Origin: Lingula anatina
Taxonomy: Eukaryota; Animalia; Brachiopoda
Assembly (NCBI GenBank): GCA_051362555.1
Contig: CM120640.1
Coordinates: forward strand, 29,345,967 to 29,409,966
Direction: 5' to 3'
DNA length: 64,000 nucleotides
Made by a program: the position numbers and the translations under genes. Below are positions 12,780 through 25,719 of the stretch, in pieces; positions within the stretch are counted from its first letter, which is position 1, and each line of letters opens with the position of its first letter. The notes beneath the pieces are model-generated. The model was not told the origin of the DNA. It saw nothing but the letters and a program-made list of their open reading frames with translations, and made no database searches.

Positions 12780-14552
12780 GTAAGTATAAATCATTTCATA
12801 CAGAGCTGATTCCCATATTGTAAGAGAATTGTCACTGTGCTGTCAGGGCCAACTGAAAACTGACAACACCAATAACTGATACATCATAACATGCAATGCT
12901 TCGAAATTCTATGGGGTCGGGGATCATTATCTCATGATGTTCTCTTAACGTCCCCGCATCCCCCCCACCATGTCACACTTCATCCTGACGTGGTACACAG
13001 GTAAGGCCTCATAAAACCCTGTGTTAAACACTCTAGTGGCTGTATGTGACACCATTTAAAATGTCTTGCGGAAGAGGTAGCACGTACGTACTTCTGCCGC
13101 GTAGTTTGAACACAATCGAGTTGTAAGGAAACTTTATACTTCGGTAATGCTAACTTTTTATAACGCGCAAAACACAATTCTGTGGTTCGTGTCAGCTTTA
13201 CGTGGAATTTTTAATTGCGAATGATATACTACAAGGTTTTTTGATGGAGGATGTGGATATTGATAGTCTCGACAGTTTGCTTCTGTATACGATTATGTAC
13301 TATACCTAGCTGGTATGGAAGGTCGATATAACTGAGCTAAAATTTTACGCTGCACCTTTATTTTCTTACATCGTTATATTCCCCCTACTATACCAGTATA
13401 GTAGCAAAATTATGATCATATTACTGCAATCCCACATTAGTGCAATCCCACATTGTTACTGCCTTGCATAGTTACTCTCTCGCTTTGGTTTTAATTTTGA
13501 ATGCATTAAACATTGTCACTAATTCCCAAATACAGGTATTCATGGTAAGATTTTAAAATTAGTAAGTATAAATAACCACACACACACACACAAACACACA
13601 CAAACACACACACACACGTCACAACCCAATTGAAATGCAGACATATTTGGAATCTGCCTTGGCAAGATTGAAATCCAAGTTACAGACACTTAAAACATTA
13701 TACTAGTTTTGGCACCAAAATTCATGTTTAACGAATTATCCCAGGGTAAACGGCACTTTCCCACGTTTAACCAACCATTTCTAGCACTCGCCATAACCCT
13801 GTAGCATTTTTGGAAAAAGCAATTTATCAAAACTTTGGCTTATGCAGTGGTTTTCAAGAGGTCATTTTCATGCTTAAACTCTAGACTTCTGGATATCGCA
13901 AGACTCGTGCTGTGACCTAGTTAAAACTAGTTCACACTACCAGGAAAAGGCAAAATGACAGAAGAGGCTCAAGATGGTTCTTCGAAGAAGTAAAGAAATA
14001 TAACACACAGGAAAAGATAACACCCTTTACAAAAATCAACAACAAAAAACAAAATGTGAAAAGCAATACAACAAGCAAAGAATATAAACATCAACGAGGA
14101 TGTAGAGGATATGAATGATCACCGGCTCGTGAAGTATTCACTGGATTTGTAAGTACTGTTTACAGTATTATTTTAGATAAGACAGGCCTACCCAACTACT
14201 AGACTCTGCACCTAATGATCCCAAATTCACCGGTAGATTGGACCACACTACTCGTTTTCAAGGTGTGCATCAGTAGGCATTTCACAGTATCATACCCCGG
14301 AACAAATTTTGAGATTAGATGCACTACTTTCTAACCCCACTGAGAATCATCACTATCACATCGCATACTAGGCAAGAGCGGTGTCGTGTCTGATACTTCG
14401 AAATGCATACTGCTCCATTCTAAATCTCTGGGAATGCAGTCTAAGAACCTATAGGAAATTCTACAGATTCCCAAGATTGATGCTTTTGGATACTTTAACA
14501 AAATCAGGCCCATAGCCAGCAATTTCAAAGGGGGGAGGTCTTTTTCTGAAAA

Positions 14553-14730
14553 GTGGATCGACCTAACCCCCCTGGAGTTCACGCTAAATTGCTGTCAGGT
14601 GGGCGCACACTATAGTAAATTACCCCCTTACAGCTTTAAGTAGGGGGAGCAGACATTTAAGCCTGTTAAGCTGACACCAATCTAGTGAGACTTATCAGGG
14701 GGATAGATCCATCTAAAATCTATGGGAAAG
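14553..14730. mobile_element. Small palindromic MITE-like repeat; related copy in reverse orientation at ~61645-61862
   Basis: GGATCGACCTAACCCCCTGGAGTTCACGCTAAATTG at 14555 is approximately the reverse complement of CAATTTAGCGTGAACCCCCAGGGAAATAGGTCAATCC near 61825-61860. Both ends are imperfect inverted repeats. Confidence 0.55.
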
Positions 14731-14814
14731 CAGTCTTATAGGAAATTCTATAGGAACCTTTAGGAAATACTTACTAGTAGGGAAATTTGGATCCTATAGG
14801 ATCTTATAGTCCAA

Positions 14815-15494
14815 GGCCCGTATTCCAGAATCTCCCTTTAGCGTTAAGGGAGACTTAAAGTCGACCTTATACGAAATTTGTATTGCAAGACTTTTCTTTA
14901 TCTCACTTGAAAGGAGTCACTTAACAATCATCCTTAGCAAAGGAATCGGTCATTTCTAGAATCTGTCTTTGCTTAAAGATTTCCTTTATTTTTGGCTGAG
15001 GAGTCCTTAAAATGTAAGGTTGGTCTGGAGTAACTTTTAGTCTTCCTTAAGCAGCCATCGTGTACAGTTCTCTTGTGAAAATCAGCTCCATGGAGGACTA
15101 TATAAACCAACATGCCTACCTAAATTCAAAATCATTAAATTCAACTAGAAAAGCACTCTGTGAGCGGAGACCTCCGCCAAGGCAGCACAGTCTCCACCCA
15201 ATTTTCATTCTATAATGATTTGTTTTTTTTTTATTTTTGATAATTGATTGATTATTGATCTTGATCACCACTAAAAACTAACCACTTCTAAGTTAACCCA
15301 TTTCTGACCTACCCTGTAAATTTCATAAAAAGCGATCCATAACTTTTTGAGTTATTTTTGATTAATGATAATTGATTGAATATTGATCTTGATCACCACC
15401 AAAAACTAATCACTTCTAATATAAACCATTTCTGACCTACCCTGAAAATTTCATCAAAATCAGCCGGTAACTGTTTGAGTTATGTTGATGACAA

Positions 15495-15529
<35 letters not shown>

Positions 15530-16116
15530 AACAGGGATGAAAACATAACCTCCTTGGTGGAGGTAACAAAAAGACAGACAGACAAACAAACAGGGGTAAA
15601 AACAACCTCCTTGGCAGAAGTAATACATTTGATCGAAGATAGGCTTTTCTCTGTTGACTAGTTGCATCAGTAGCTGCTTTTCGATATCAGAAAAGGATCT
15701 ACGACTTTGGTTTTCTCATCCTCCAAACCATTCTTTTCTCTTCTTGGCATACTTGCTTTATTCACTAAATTTGGCTTAGATCAAAACATCCACATGCAGT
15801 GATGATGTCCATATGCACTGTTGCATGACTGAAGTTGATCAGTAGACCCCAATTATACAACATTACTGAGGCATTTTTAACGAGGAGGGTGTCACAAAGG
15901 CCTACTCTAACCAATGAGGAGCTCCTTTATGTCAGTGTCCCTTACCTTAAGGCTGACTTTTGTCAAAGTAATTCCTTATCAAAGGAGAGGCTAAGGTGAG
16001 GTCTTCGAATACCATTTCGTTAGGCCTTCCTTTTCCAAGGAACACCTCATCAAAGGAAGCCTTTATAAAAGTTGACCTTAGGACTATATTTTAAGGAACA
16101 TCTTGGAATACGGGCC
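14815..16116. mobile_element. PIF/Harbinger-type non-autonomous element
   Basis: Terminal inverted repeats GGCCCGTATTCCA ... TGGAATACGGGCC, flanked by CAA/TAA (degenerate TWA duplication), with many CCTTAA/TAAGG subterminal motifs. Confidence 0.7.
15143..15624 (-). mobile_element. HINE-like element family 2 nested in the Harbinger element
   Basis: On the minus strand it starts TTAC(C/T)TC..CCAAGGAGGTT (duplicated), then a (TCTG/TTTG)n microsatellite and two ~135-bp tandem units, and ends CCTTGGCGGAGGT + hairpin + TCTAGTT. Confidence 0.75.
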
Positions 16117-17149
16117 TAAGAGTTTCCTATTAAAGGAATTCCTGTAAGAAATTTTTGTAAGAATATTTAAGATGCATTGACCAAGGAACCATTTCTTTAG
16201 GCATCTTAATCCTAAAAGGAATCTACAGAAGCTGCAATGTTATCTAGGTTTGACTCAATTTTAAATGAAATATTAACTATAATTGACTACATCAGTGAGT
16301 AAGCTGATTAAAAGGTTATCATTTTGATTTCATATTCTGAAGACAAGTTTGCTTTTACATATTTCAAAAATAAAAAAAAAATGAAATTACAAAGGGAACA
16401 TTGGTATGTCTTGGATACATCTCTAATAAAGAAATGATTCATCATATCAGAAAAATGCATTAAATAATTCAGAGTAATAATTTAGTAACTGTTATTTGGT
16501 TATAATGTCAATGTAACTTTTCCCTACAGGATGCCTGAACTGGAAGAAGTGCAGATGGGAGAGGAGGAAGATGCTGAAGAAAAAAGAAAGGGATCCTGAT
16601 GATCCAACATGGGACCCAAACATATCTTTAGAGTGAGCAGAATTTTAATAAGTGGATAATCACTCATCTCATATTAGGCATTGTAGATGTATGGTTTCTG
16701 TTTTATCAATTACTTCTCCATATTGGCAACAATAATGTAAATTTTTATTTGCAATTTTAGACCTAAAGATCATGAACTACTCCCAGTGTGGTATCCTGAA
16801 GAAGAGTATTTATAAAAGAGGAACTCCATGGCCCTCCACCAAAAGTGGGGACGAATTGGACAAGTAAAGGCCTTCCTGACTTTTGAGTGTTTCTTGCGGG
16901 ATCTGTTCAGTAAACTTCTCCCACCTTGCCACTGTGACAAAGCAGATACTGTTTATTTAAGGCCATCTGGTACTGGCTTGTATGGTGTATCCCACAGGTC
17001 CATAAAGTGGAAGTTGAGTCAAGATGATCTACAGCAGATTCGACTTTGCTCCACCATCAACTGCAGAGCTATTCAATACTCAAGATTTAAAAAGTAAGTA
17101 ATGGACCATTTTTTAAATTGAAAGTCAGGGTGGTCTTCCCTCCCTATTA

Positions 17150-17400
17150 GGCCGCATTCACATCAAGTTGAGCCGTGGTTCTACAAAGCCACAACCTAAT
17201 TATGGCGGACGTACAGATTGGGATGTGTCGTCCCAATGGAGCCGAGATTAAATGACTGTACACCTGCAGGGACGACGCATGGGGAGGCTTGTGAGAGGCG
17301 GAGAGACTATTAAAAGATTAGGCAGTTTTCCTTTCATGTACGTCTGCCATATTTAGGTCATGGCTTTGTAGCCATGGCTCAACTCGATGTGAATGGGGCC
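17150..17400. mobile_element. PIF/Harbinger MITE
   Basis: ~65-bp imperfect inverted arms GGCCGCATTCACATCAAGTTGAGCC ... GGCTCAACTCGATGTGAATGGGGCC, with TTA/TAA flanks. Confidence 0.75.
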
Positions 17401-19269
17401 TAAGTTTTATGAAGAAACAGTTTTTGGTCCATTATTACTTTTTAAATCTTAAACTGCATTTTATGTATGGAAAAGTATTGGTGGCATATTGTGACTTCAA
17501 CTCGACTTCAAACCAGTGTGTTTTCAGATTATGTAAGATCACCAGTTCACCAGTTGCAGAATTATGTTACCAATTTCCCAATTTTACAGCTAGTTTAACT
17601 TCTAAGTTTGTTACAGCATAATATTCTGTACTCAGTAAATAAAATGATTGTATGTCATGTTTTGTTAGACCTACTAGAATGGTTTTAGTTAACACTTGTG
17701 CCTGTATTCAGCTGCCCACTCAGCCATGACAATTTAAATTTTATGTTAGTGAGTCATACTTTTTTAAAGAAATATTTATACCCTTTTGTTCCTTGCATGT
17801 CTTTGAATAATATTATGTATATTTTACTTATGAAACATTGTTTATATTTGTCAGGTTAGGCCCTTTTCATGCCATGCCCTTTTGTATGGAAACTGTTGTT
17901 ACTAGCTCTAATGGGTCATTAAAGGGGGTAATTTCTTGATCTACAGTGTTCATGATATGGGTCTGCGTGTATACATCCATTTTGCTTAAACAAGGAAAAG
18001 ATGTTTGGATGTTTTTGTTACTATATTTTATTCACAATCTCTATCCAGTTATTACTAAAAATAAAAACAGTATTGATACTACAGCTTATATTATTAATTA
18101 TAATTATAATTATTTAATTTATTTGCAACCAAAAGTTGCAATATACATAAATATAATTGTACTAAAAATGGTAATTCTAAGAGAAACAACTATAGGTGGA
18201 TTAAATCATTAAGGGCAAAAGATGAAATTACATAATCACACATCATGTCAGATAACAGATGAAAAATCAACCTGTGGCTCTGATTAAAATATTTAACATA
18301 CCTGATCTCTCCACTCTTGCTCGAAGGGGAGTATTGCCCAATTCCTCCTCTGAAAGGCTAAGTAATTCAAATCTTCATAATAAAATTCACTAAAATATTC
18401 TTAAATTTATACGTTAGATCCATGTTGTACAAAAAAATTGTTGTACATGTTGTACAAAAAAATACCCCTACTACATGTAGTATGCGAGTTACAATGTATC
18501 TCATGAGGATCTGATGTGAGGTAAGTACTGGTAGATGACCACATTGAAGGGCAAAGTGCACTCCCCTGCATTATATCACTACTACTACATTCAAAATGTT
18601 GCAATTTTATCCCCGATAAAGATTTGTGCATTTTATGATGGGCTTCAGATGATTTGACTTCTTCTGTTAGTGTAAACTGTGAGCCACAGAATTTCATTAT
18701 ATTTACAGTGTCTTGCAAACAGAACTCATTGTGAGTGGTTCGGGGACTGTAAGCACGTTACATTTGGAAATGTTTTCTGATTATTTAAGCTACTTGACTT
18801 CCGCTGTCAGACATTTTGATTTCTCCACCACCTTCCCTATCTGTAAACTACATTGTACTTGTAGTGAATATAACTCGCTTGTGACCTGCAAAAGTTCATA
18901 ACACATTTTCCTCTTCCTCGATCTTTACGTCCATGTTCTCCACTGCTCGTTTTCTGTTTTTTACATCTTGGATCTGACTCGAGAACCCGCATTATTTCAA
19001 ACAGTGTCAAAATGGCTGACTACCAGGGTTAGACAGGTGACAGTGAAAGCGATTATATTTTGCGATGTTGATTAAGGCCATTTATGTGTCATTTTATGTT
19101 TTAAACATTGTTATTGTGCTCAGATAATAGACTCTCCAGACAAAATATATTTGAACTCTTCATTACTTTCTTTTGTAGCATTTCTCTACAACCTATGTAA
19201 TGAATAAAGCTATCTGAGTAGTATAATATGGACGCCAGGTTTACTATCGGCGTGTGGATTGACGTGTGG

Positions 19270-19462
19270 ATTGTTTTGTTTGTTTGTTTTTGTCTGTCTG
19301 TTTGTTTGTTTGTCTGTCTGTATGTTTGTATGTTTGTTTATCTGTTTGTCTGTCTGTTTGTTTGTTTGTCTGTTGTCTGTCTGCCCACTGTCTGCATGCC
19401 TGCTGTCTGTCTGTCCGCTATCTGCATGCCTGTTGTCTGTCTGTCTGTTTGCTTGTTTGTTT
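19270..19462. repeat. (TTTG/TCTG)n compound tetranucleotide microsatellite
   Basis: Read directly; explains the three overlapping low-complexity ORFs here. Confidence 0.9.
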
Positions 19463-19902
19463 TTGAGGGAGGGGTAACTATGGCTGCCAATGCTTTTTCA
19501 ATTTTTTTTTAAAAGTCTTATTTATTTTTTCTTTGTTTTTGAAAATTTTGTCTGTTTTGATTTTCAGTCTGGTCTCATCTTATAGATAATAGTGGGCTTG
19601 CACTGAATTAAGTTTGTTCCAGGTTTTCTTATCACTCAAATTATGAATAACAGACCTTGTTTTTTTTTTATTAAAAAAAAAAAAGAAAAAAACTGCACAA
19701 ATTCCTTTCATTTCAAAGCTGGCATTTGAAATTCATCATCCATTTTATTTTTTACTAGCTGAGAAATCCAAGTTGATTAAACAGCAACTGTTTTAGGACA
19801 ATCAGCTATTGCCAATGAATCACAATATGTCTTGTGATAAATGTGTGTGTATGTGTGTTAGTTTTTATAAATGGTAATTGTTATTTGTTTCATCTAATGT
19901 AG

Positions 19903-19990
19903 GACTTGTTTGGTGTGAGCCTTTTCCTGCCGTTACTCTCCAGCTATGCAATGGACCTGGGGGCCTCTTCCACTGTTATAGGGATGTTGG
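19903..19990 (+). CDS. MFSD9: MFSD9-like copy A, exon 2 (DLFGVSLFLPLLSSYAMDLGASSTVIGML-G)
   Basis: AG acceptor 19901-19902, GTAAGT donor at 19991, 88 nt. DLFGVS...LGAS signature of MFSD9. Confidence 0.9.
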
Positions 19991-20098
19991 GTAAGTTAAC
20001 TGCTGTTTGACATTCTAATAATACTTAACAACGTGACACCCATGGCACACAAGCTACAGTATTATCATAATTTGCACTTATTGAACTTAAGATGTTGA

Positions 20099-20551
20099 AG
20101 GGCCACTCTGCCAGATTTTCCTGCCAAAATGAACTTTTAGAGATTCTCTCCTAGCATTTGAAAATCCTCCACTGTCAAGCTTTTTATTTCCCAATTCAAA
20201 CTCTAAAGACAAAATCCTTTAAATAAAAGTTTATCTCAAGCCTACCTTGTGTCATTATTATCTTCTTCTGTAACCATTTTCAGCCTGCAATGTCTGTATT
20301 GTACACAGCACAGAGCCATGCTACAAAACTGCCTGCCATTTTCTTGTGAAAAAATGAGGCAATGCGCCTAACAGCAGTTCTATTTGACTAGCCATTTATT
20401 TCAAACTAAAGTGCTTATTGAGTAAAAATGAAATAAAACATCAAATCCAAGTGCTGGGATGGGTCAAGCAAAAATTCGATTTACATTAGATTAAATTGTG
20501 TTGGAGAAAATTGCTCTTTACCTAACAAAAACTCATTTGTGGAGTGGCCCT
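20099..20551. mobile_element. Kolobok-type MITE in MFSD9-A intron 2
   Basis: TIRs AGGGCCACTC ... GAGTGGCCCT flanked by TTGA/TTAA (TTAA target, left copy mutated). Confidence 0.7.
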
Positions 20552-20659
20552 TTAAAGAATAATGCATGAGTAATATTGTCTTCATTGTACTTGATTACAA
20601 ACTGACAGCTGTGTTCAAAGTATATTTTTATTATGTATTTTTGAAACATTATTTTGAAG

Positions 20660-20703
20660 GTTCCTTATATGGCACTCTGCAGTTTGTTGCTGGTCCCATT
20701 GTT
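20660..20703 (+). CDS. MFSD9: MFSD9-like copy A, exon 3 (GSLYGTLQFVAGPIV)
   Basis: AG and GTAAGT boundaries, 44 nt, in frame with exons 2 and 4; TM2. Confidence 0.9.
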
Positions 20704-21233
20704 GTAAGTATTCAATGTCTTCCACACAATGATAAGTTTGCCTTAGTCAGAAAATTTTCTCATTATCTCAGTATAATGTAACTGGATGATTCAAAATGTA
20801 TACTTTCTATATGACTTCTGTTTACAACCATGTGGCAGTAAACTCTGTGCTTTATTTCTTCAAATGTGCTCAGTGGCAGAGCTTACCACCCTAGTCTGTA
20901 CTATTACATGTAGTGCAGCAGAGCACCACTGTGTTATGCCATTATTTTGCAATTATCTAAATGTAAAATTAACATGCATCATCATCTAGCATTCCTTACA
21001 ATATGGACATCAATTTCAATGCTCTAGAAGAGCTGTATTGTCTCAAAGAACATGATATGTCGCAGATCAGATTGAAATGCGAATAGATTTTAAATAGGTC
21101 TAGGCAAAATTTAAGTCAATTCAGGTTTTAAATTGCCTTAGGCAGGATTGAAATATCAATTTGGCCTTGGCAGATTGATAAATTGAACCTGCATTCCCCT
21201 TTTCTCACTGTGTCCTTTATTTCTCCTTTCCAG

Positions 21234-21363
21234 GGCAAGTGGAGTGATGTTTCAGGTCACAGACATGCACTGATTCTGTGCCTCATTCTCTCAGCTTTTG
21301 GCTACTTGTTATTAGGGTTTTCTTACTCACTGGTGATAATGTTTCTGGCAAGAATTCCATCAG
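21234..21363 (+). CDS. MFSD9: MFSD9-like copy A, exon 4 (GKWSDVSGHRHALILC...FLARIPS-G)
   Basis: Polypyrimidine-CAG acceptor, GT donor at 21364, 130 nt. Contains MFS motif A (GxxxDxxG) and the motif B arginine. Confidence 0.92.
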
Positions 21364-21479
21364 GTAAAAGTTTAACATAATGAATCAGTTCCAGGTTCAA
21401 CAATAGTAAAAAGGAGAAAGATTTTTTAATGTTTTGTTTGTATGTTAACCAGTTAATTAGATGTAAACCAGATGGATTT

Positions 21480-22170
21480 ATACAGAATCTCCACTCATTA
21501 CTGTTAATGGATGATACGATCCTCCTTGCAATGAGTAGAGAGGAAGCAATTAGAAAATGGTATCATTGTCAATTTATTGTAAAAATTTGGGGGTTGGGAT
21601 CAATTTGAAACTGAATTTATGGTCATTAATTAAGAGATTGGTGATAAAGCCCCTATAAGGATTGGTGATATTGAGGTTAAGAATTATAAATCCTATCTTG
21701 GAGCTACATTCACACAAGATGGCCATGTGTTAGATAACAAGTATAGACAAAAGAGATGCTATGTGTGGAAATTTGTTGCATTCATGAACATGTACAGAAA
21801 TGTAGATTTCCTTTGTTGGGTCAAAAGAAAAGTGTTTGAAGTGGCATTTTTACTGGTGATCTTATACAGCTGCGTGTCTTGGCTAGGCAATTGCTTACAG
21901 TAAGCAATGTAGAGGCTATGTATATGATGACTGTCAAAACTTTACTGGGTGTATGGAGCACTTATCTTCACCTGATTTGTTTAATTGAAGCAGGTTTGCC
22001 AATGTTGTGATCCCATGTTAGTGCAGCCCAAAGGGCACAATTATCAAAGCTTACCTCTCAGAGGAAGGGGTTTTATAGATGACCCTTTCCATTTGGTATA
22101 GAACCTTTTTGTGACTGGTAAGACAAAAGCCTTCAAATATATAACAAGTTTATTGGAATCTGGAGAGGTA
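21480..22170 (+). mobile_element. Degraded non-LTR retrotransposon reverse-transcriptase fragment
   Basis: Remnant LLLMDDTILLAMSREEAIRK (catalytic xxDD region), followed by broken YLG and ILYSCVSW thumb-region motifs with many stops. Confidence 0.6.
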
Positions 22171-23006
22171 GATTGAGAAATGGAATGAAAGAGAAACTTG
22201 CAGGACTGATTCAAAGGCCTGATAAATAGATCAAATTTGAAAATTATCTTGATAAGTTTATTTTTTATGAAGTTATTTTGCATATTTTTGTTATAAATGG
22301 GGTTTCCTCAGATTTAGTTAAAGTGTTAAAGATATTGTTACCTTTTGCCAAAAACTCCTTATTTACTGCCTTACATACATTCTTTTGGGTAATAAATAAA
22401 TTTTCAGTGTTCAATGACTAAATTAACATTTACACATATGTTATCTCACGGGTGATGACATAATTGCGATTTTGGGGTAAAAACTGAAAAATTTCTCTTT
22501 TACCGGAGCACCTATGATCTCTGTTTCAACGCTGATTTAATGACACCATTTAGTATTCCAAAATCCTGCCAGCGATTTTTCTTAAAAGTCTTATTTTTAG
22601 ATTTTATTGGTGATAAAGCAAAATAATGCCTTTGTTGAATGAATATCTGTAATGAGGGGCTCATAACATAACATAAAACATTTTAACCAAAATGACGACA
22701 TGAGATTGTAGCCTATACAATCCTGGTCAACTCTGCCAATTTTCATGATAAAATCATGTTCAGGGATGAAGCCATGCCCCATACCAATTGCTATCTCACC
22801 TCAAAATAGGTGTAAAGCTTTGAGTTGCCTATGGTTATGTATACATTGCTTTGCCTATAACAATCTTGATTGGAAGACTCGTGTAACCATTTGAGCAGCT
22901 ACTTGCAATATACAAATCAGTTTTTATATTTGGCTGTATGTATGCATCTATGGATTAGGGTGATTTATAGATATTAAGCCTAACCTGCTAGCTTTCTTCT
23001 GGATGA

Positions 23007-24720
23007 CTTTTTTTTTTATTCAGTAGCAAATAAATATACAATCTTACAGTTTGTGGCTTATGAATCACACACAAACACACACACTCATACACTTACATAC
23101 TTGTATTCTCTCAGTATAAAAAGGTTGTACAGTTACAGTATTGCATAAAAGGGTAGAAATAGAGATAGACAATTCATGTTGTTAACCTTACAATTGAAAT
23201 ACTAAGAGGTATGTCCTTTGCTAGTTGCTTGTCAATTAAGTTGTAATATGCGATCAATATTTTCCCATTTTCTTTTAACGTGTTGTTGTTTTTTGTCGTA
23301 TACATATATAATGAATATAAACAAATATTTCGATAGTATTTAACATATTGTCTAGTTCCTTCCCATGTTGGGATTTCTGTTCTCATTTTACATAATTATA
23401 CTAACATATTTCTTAATTATTAAGATAAGTAAATAAAACCCTTTTATATCATAGGCTTGCACAAGCCCAAGTATAAAAATCTCTGGAGATCTCTCAATGA
23501 CCACACCTAAATTATCTTTTACGGAACAAATAACACACGTCCAAACATTCTGTACATGTGGGCAATCCCAGAAAACATGAAGAATAGTTTCCCTAGCAGC
23601 ATTCTAAAATTCACACTGTTCTGATTCTTTTTAAAAATGTTCATAAGGTAAATGTTGGTACTGAATATTCTGTGATTTATTCTAAATTGAAACTTCTGCA
23701 GTTTCATGTCATCTGTTTCTTGGAAGGGGGGATCTAAATATTAGGTCATTACTTAGGGACTTTTTAATATTCTCGTGTCATTTGCCTATACTTTTGTTTG
23801 GTGATATAGTGCGGCCTTGGAGGAATTTTCTGTAGAAATATCTGGATGGTTTGGTAACTTTTTTAATAGAGTCAATTATTTCATGGGATACGATGCGTAA
23901 TTTTCTTCCATGAGTAGAGATAGTTTTATGCCATTCAGATGGTACGCTCTTTTGAATACTCAAGTATTCCAGAAAGTTGGCGTTTAGGTTGAATTTTCAT
24001 TGAGTTCCTCTAGAGAAAGGAAATTTCCAACATTATTTATAATATCATTAATGTAGAAAATATCATTTTACACCATCTTTTATGGAAGATAATTTTTTCA
24101 TTTATTTTAATTTTTGAGTTTTTCCAAATGTTTGCGATAGGGTTTCTTCTGGGGTTATACTGGGGTTTTCCTGAATTTCACTCAAAGAATCAATAGAATT
24201 TTGCTAAAAGGGGTTATTAGTTGCTTGTAGTGTTTTTAATCCCCCTTTTGTCAAGGTCCATATTTTATTACCCTTGATTTCTGACAGTTCACTGAGAAAA
24301 AGCATTTTCCACTTACTGTCGTTTTTTTCATCCAAAAGTCTTTTTAGCCATGAAAGTTTTAGAGCCTTAGTAAAAAGTTTTATTTGTGGTACCTTAAGCC
24401 CTCCATTTTCGTAATCAGACAATATTGTTGCTTGTTTTGTTTTGTCTCTTTTCCCATTCCAGATTAAGTTAAATATGATTGTATCTATAGTTTTAAAGAT
24501 ATGGTCTGGGGGGTTTGGCAGGGCAGTTAGTATATGCACCAAGATAGGAAATATTAAAGTTTTAACCACTGTTACCTTTCCTATTATTGAAAGATTTCTC
24601 AAGGACCAAACTTCCAGGATATTTTTCATTTTTTCAATTTTTTTCTATAAAGTTAATTTCACAGTGGTTAATTTTTTTCAATTTGTATTTTATACCAAGT
24701 AACATAAATGCACCTTCATG
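23007..24720 (-). mobile_element. L1/Tx1-clade LINE, 5'-truncated ORF2 relic
   Basis: ORF 24204-24629 (WSLRNLSIIGKVTVVKTL...LIWNGK...ENGGLKVP) and the downstream KLQKFQFRINHRI and HVFWDCP remnants fit L1/Tx1 ORF2. An A-tail reads as a T-run at about 23008-23017. A further related fragment probably lies at about 22200-22420. Confidence 0.85.
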
Positions 24721-25509
24721 ATTCTATTTTATTTCTTTTTCAGTTTTGATTTTTTCGAAACATCCTCTTCTGAATATAAAGAAACAGGATGTGATCAGAT
24801 TGTAATTACTTCATAATTGATAATGATCTTTTCCTTGTGCCAAATAGTTAAACAAGCATAAATCTTACTAGTCTGTAAGCCTTTTTTTTTCCATGTGTCA
24901 ACGTCGTCCAGCAAGACTTGATGCATTTTGAAACCTGTGAACAGATTCAACATGACACTGCTCTTTAATTGTCAGTTGTTTTGCCATCATTGACAGTGAT
25001 GACTCTTTTAAATGAGGCAGAATGAATCAAACTAAGATCTTATCTGGAAGAGAAACAGTAACTGTTACATATCAGTGCCATTTTGCCCAAATATGATTAC
25101 CTCACAAATATGTGGTTTGTGCAAGGAATGTTTGAATCCATATATAAAGCAAATTGCATGTGGTCTAGATATGCTCTATAGACAGTGTACCAGTAATTAG
25201 GAGTAACTAGTGACCTGGTGCATATTTTTTATTACAATTATTATCTTTTGGTCATGCCATAATGGTATTAAAGTACAGGTTATACTCTTATGATAGACTC
25301 TGATGGATGACTCCATTGGGGCAACTCTGGAATATGCATATTTCTTTATAAAGAAAATTATTATTATAAAACAGATTTTTAAACTCTAATTGTTAATTTT
25401 GCTAATTTTGTCAATTTATATTTTTAAAATATATACATCTTAAAAGATGTATACTGGTATTTCCATTTCTGCTTTTAATACATTTAACTATCTCTTGACA
25501 CTCTTTCAG

Positions 25510-25719
25510 GTATTTTCAAGCACAGCCAGAATATTTCAAAAGCCTACATAACAGATATTACACCAAAAGATCACCACTCAGCAGTATTTGGCAGATTTAA
25601 TGCAGTGTCATCATTTGGTTTTATTCTGGGTCCCCCTGTAGGAGGTCACATAGCAGAACTTCCTGGTGGGTTTCAGTTAGCAGTAACAGTGACTGGAGGA
25701 ATCTTTATTTTGAATGCAG
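25510..25719 (+). CDS. MFSD9: MFSD9-like copy A, exon 5 (GIFKHSQNISKAY...GFILGPPVGGHIAE...ILNA-G)
   Basis: TTTCAG acceptor, GTAAC donor, 210 nt. GIFKH and GFILGPxVGG (motif C) are characteristic of MFSD9. Confidence 0.92.

Larger units (their letters stand above)
13690..19230 (+). mobile_element. Highly degraded DNA transposon relic, Kolobok-like, in MFSD9-A intron 1 (boundaries tentative)
   Basis: Exon-like remnants: an acidic stretch with DPDDPTWDP (~16530-16630) and KAFLTFECFLRDLFSK..CHC..SGTGL..KWKLSQ..QYSRFKK then GTAAGT (16860-17100). From memory these resemble the N-terminal region of Kolobok-type transposases. No catalytic core is visible. Confidence 0.35.

Noticed and set aside
19228-19512. 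Hydrophobic 'membrane protein' ORFs
   Set aside because: Translations of a tetranucleotide microsatellite.
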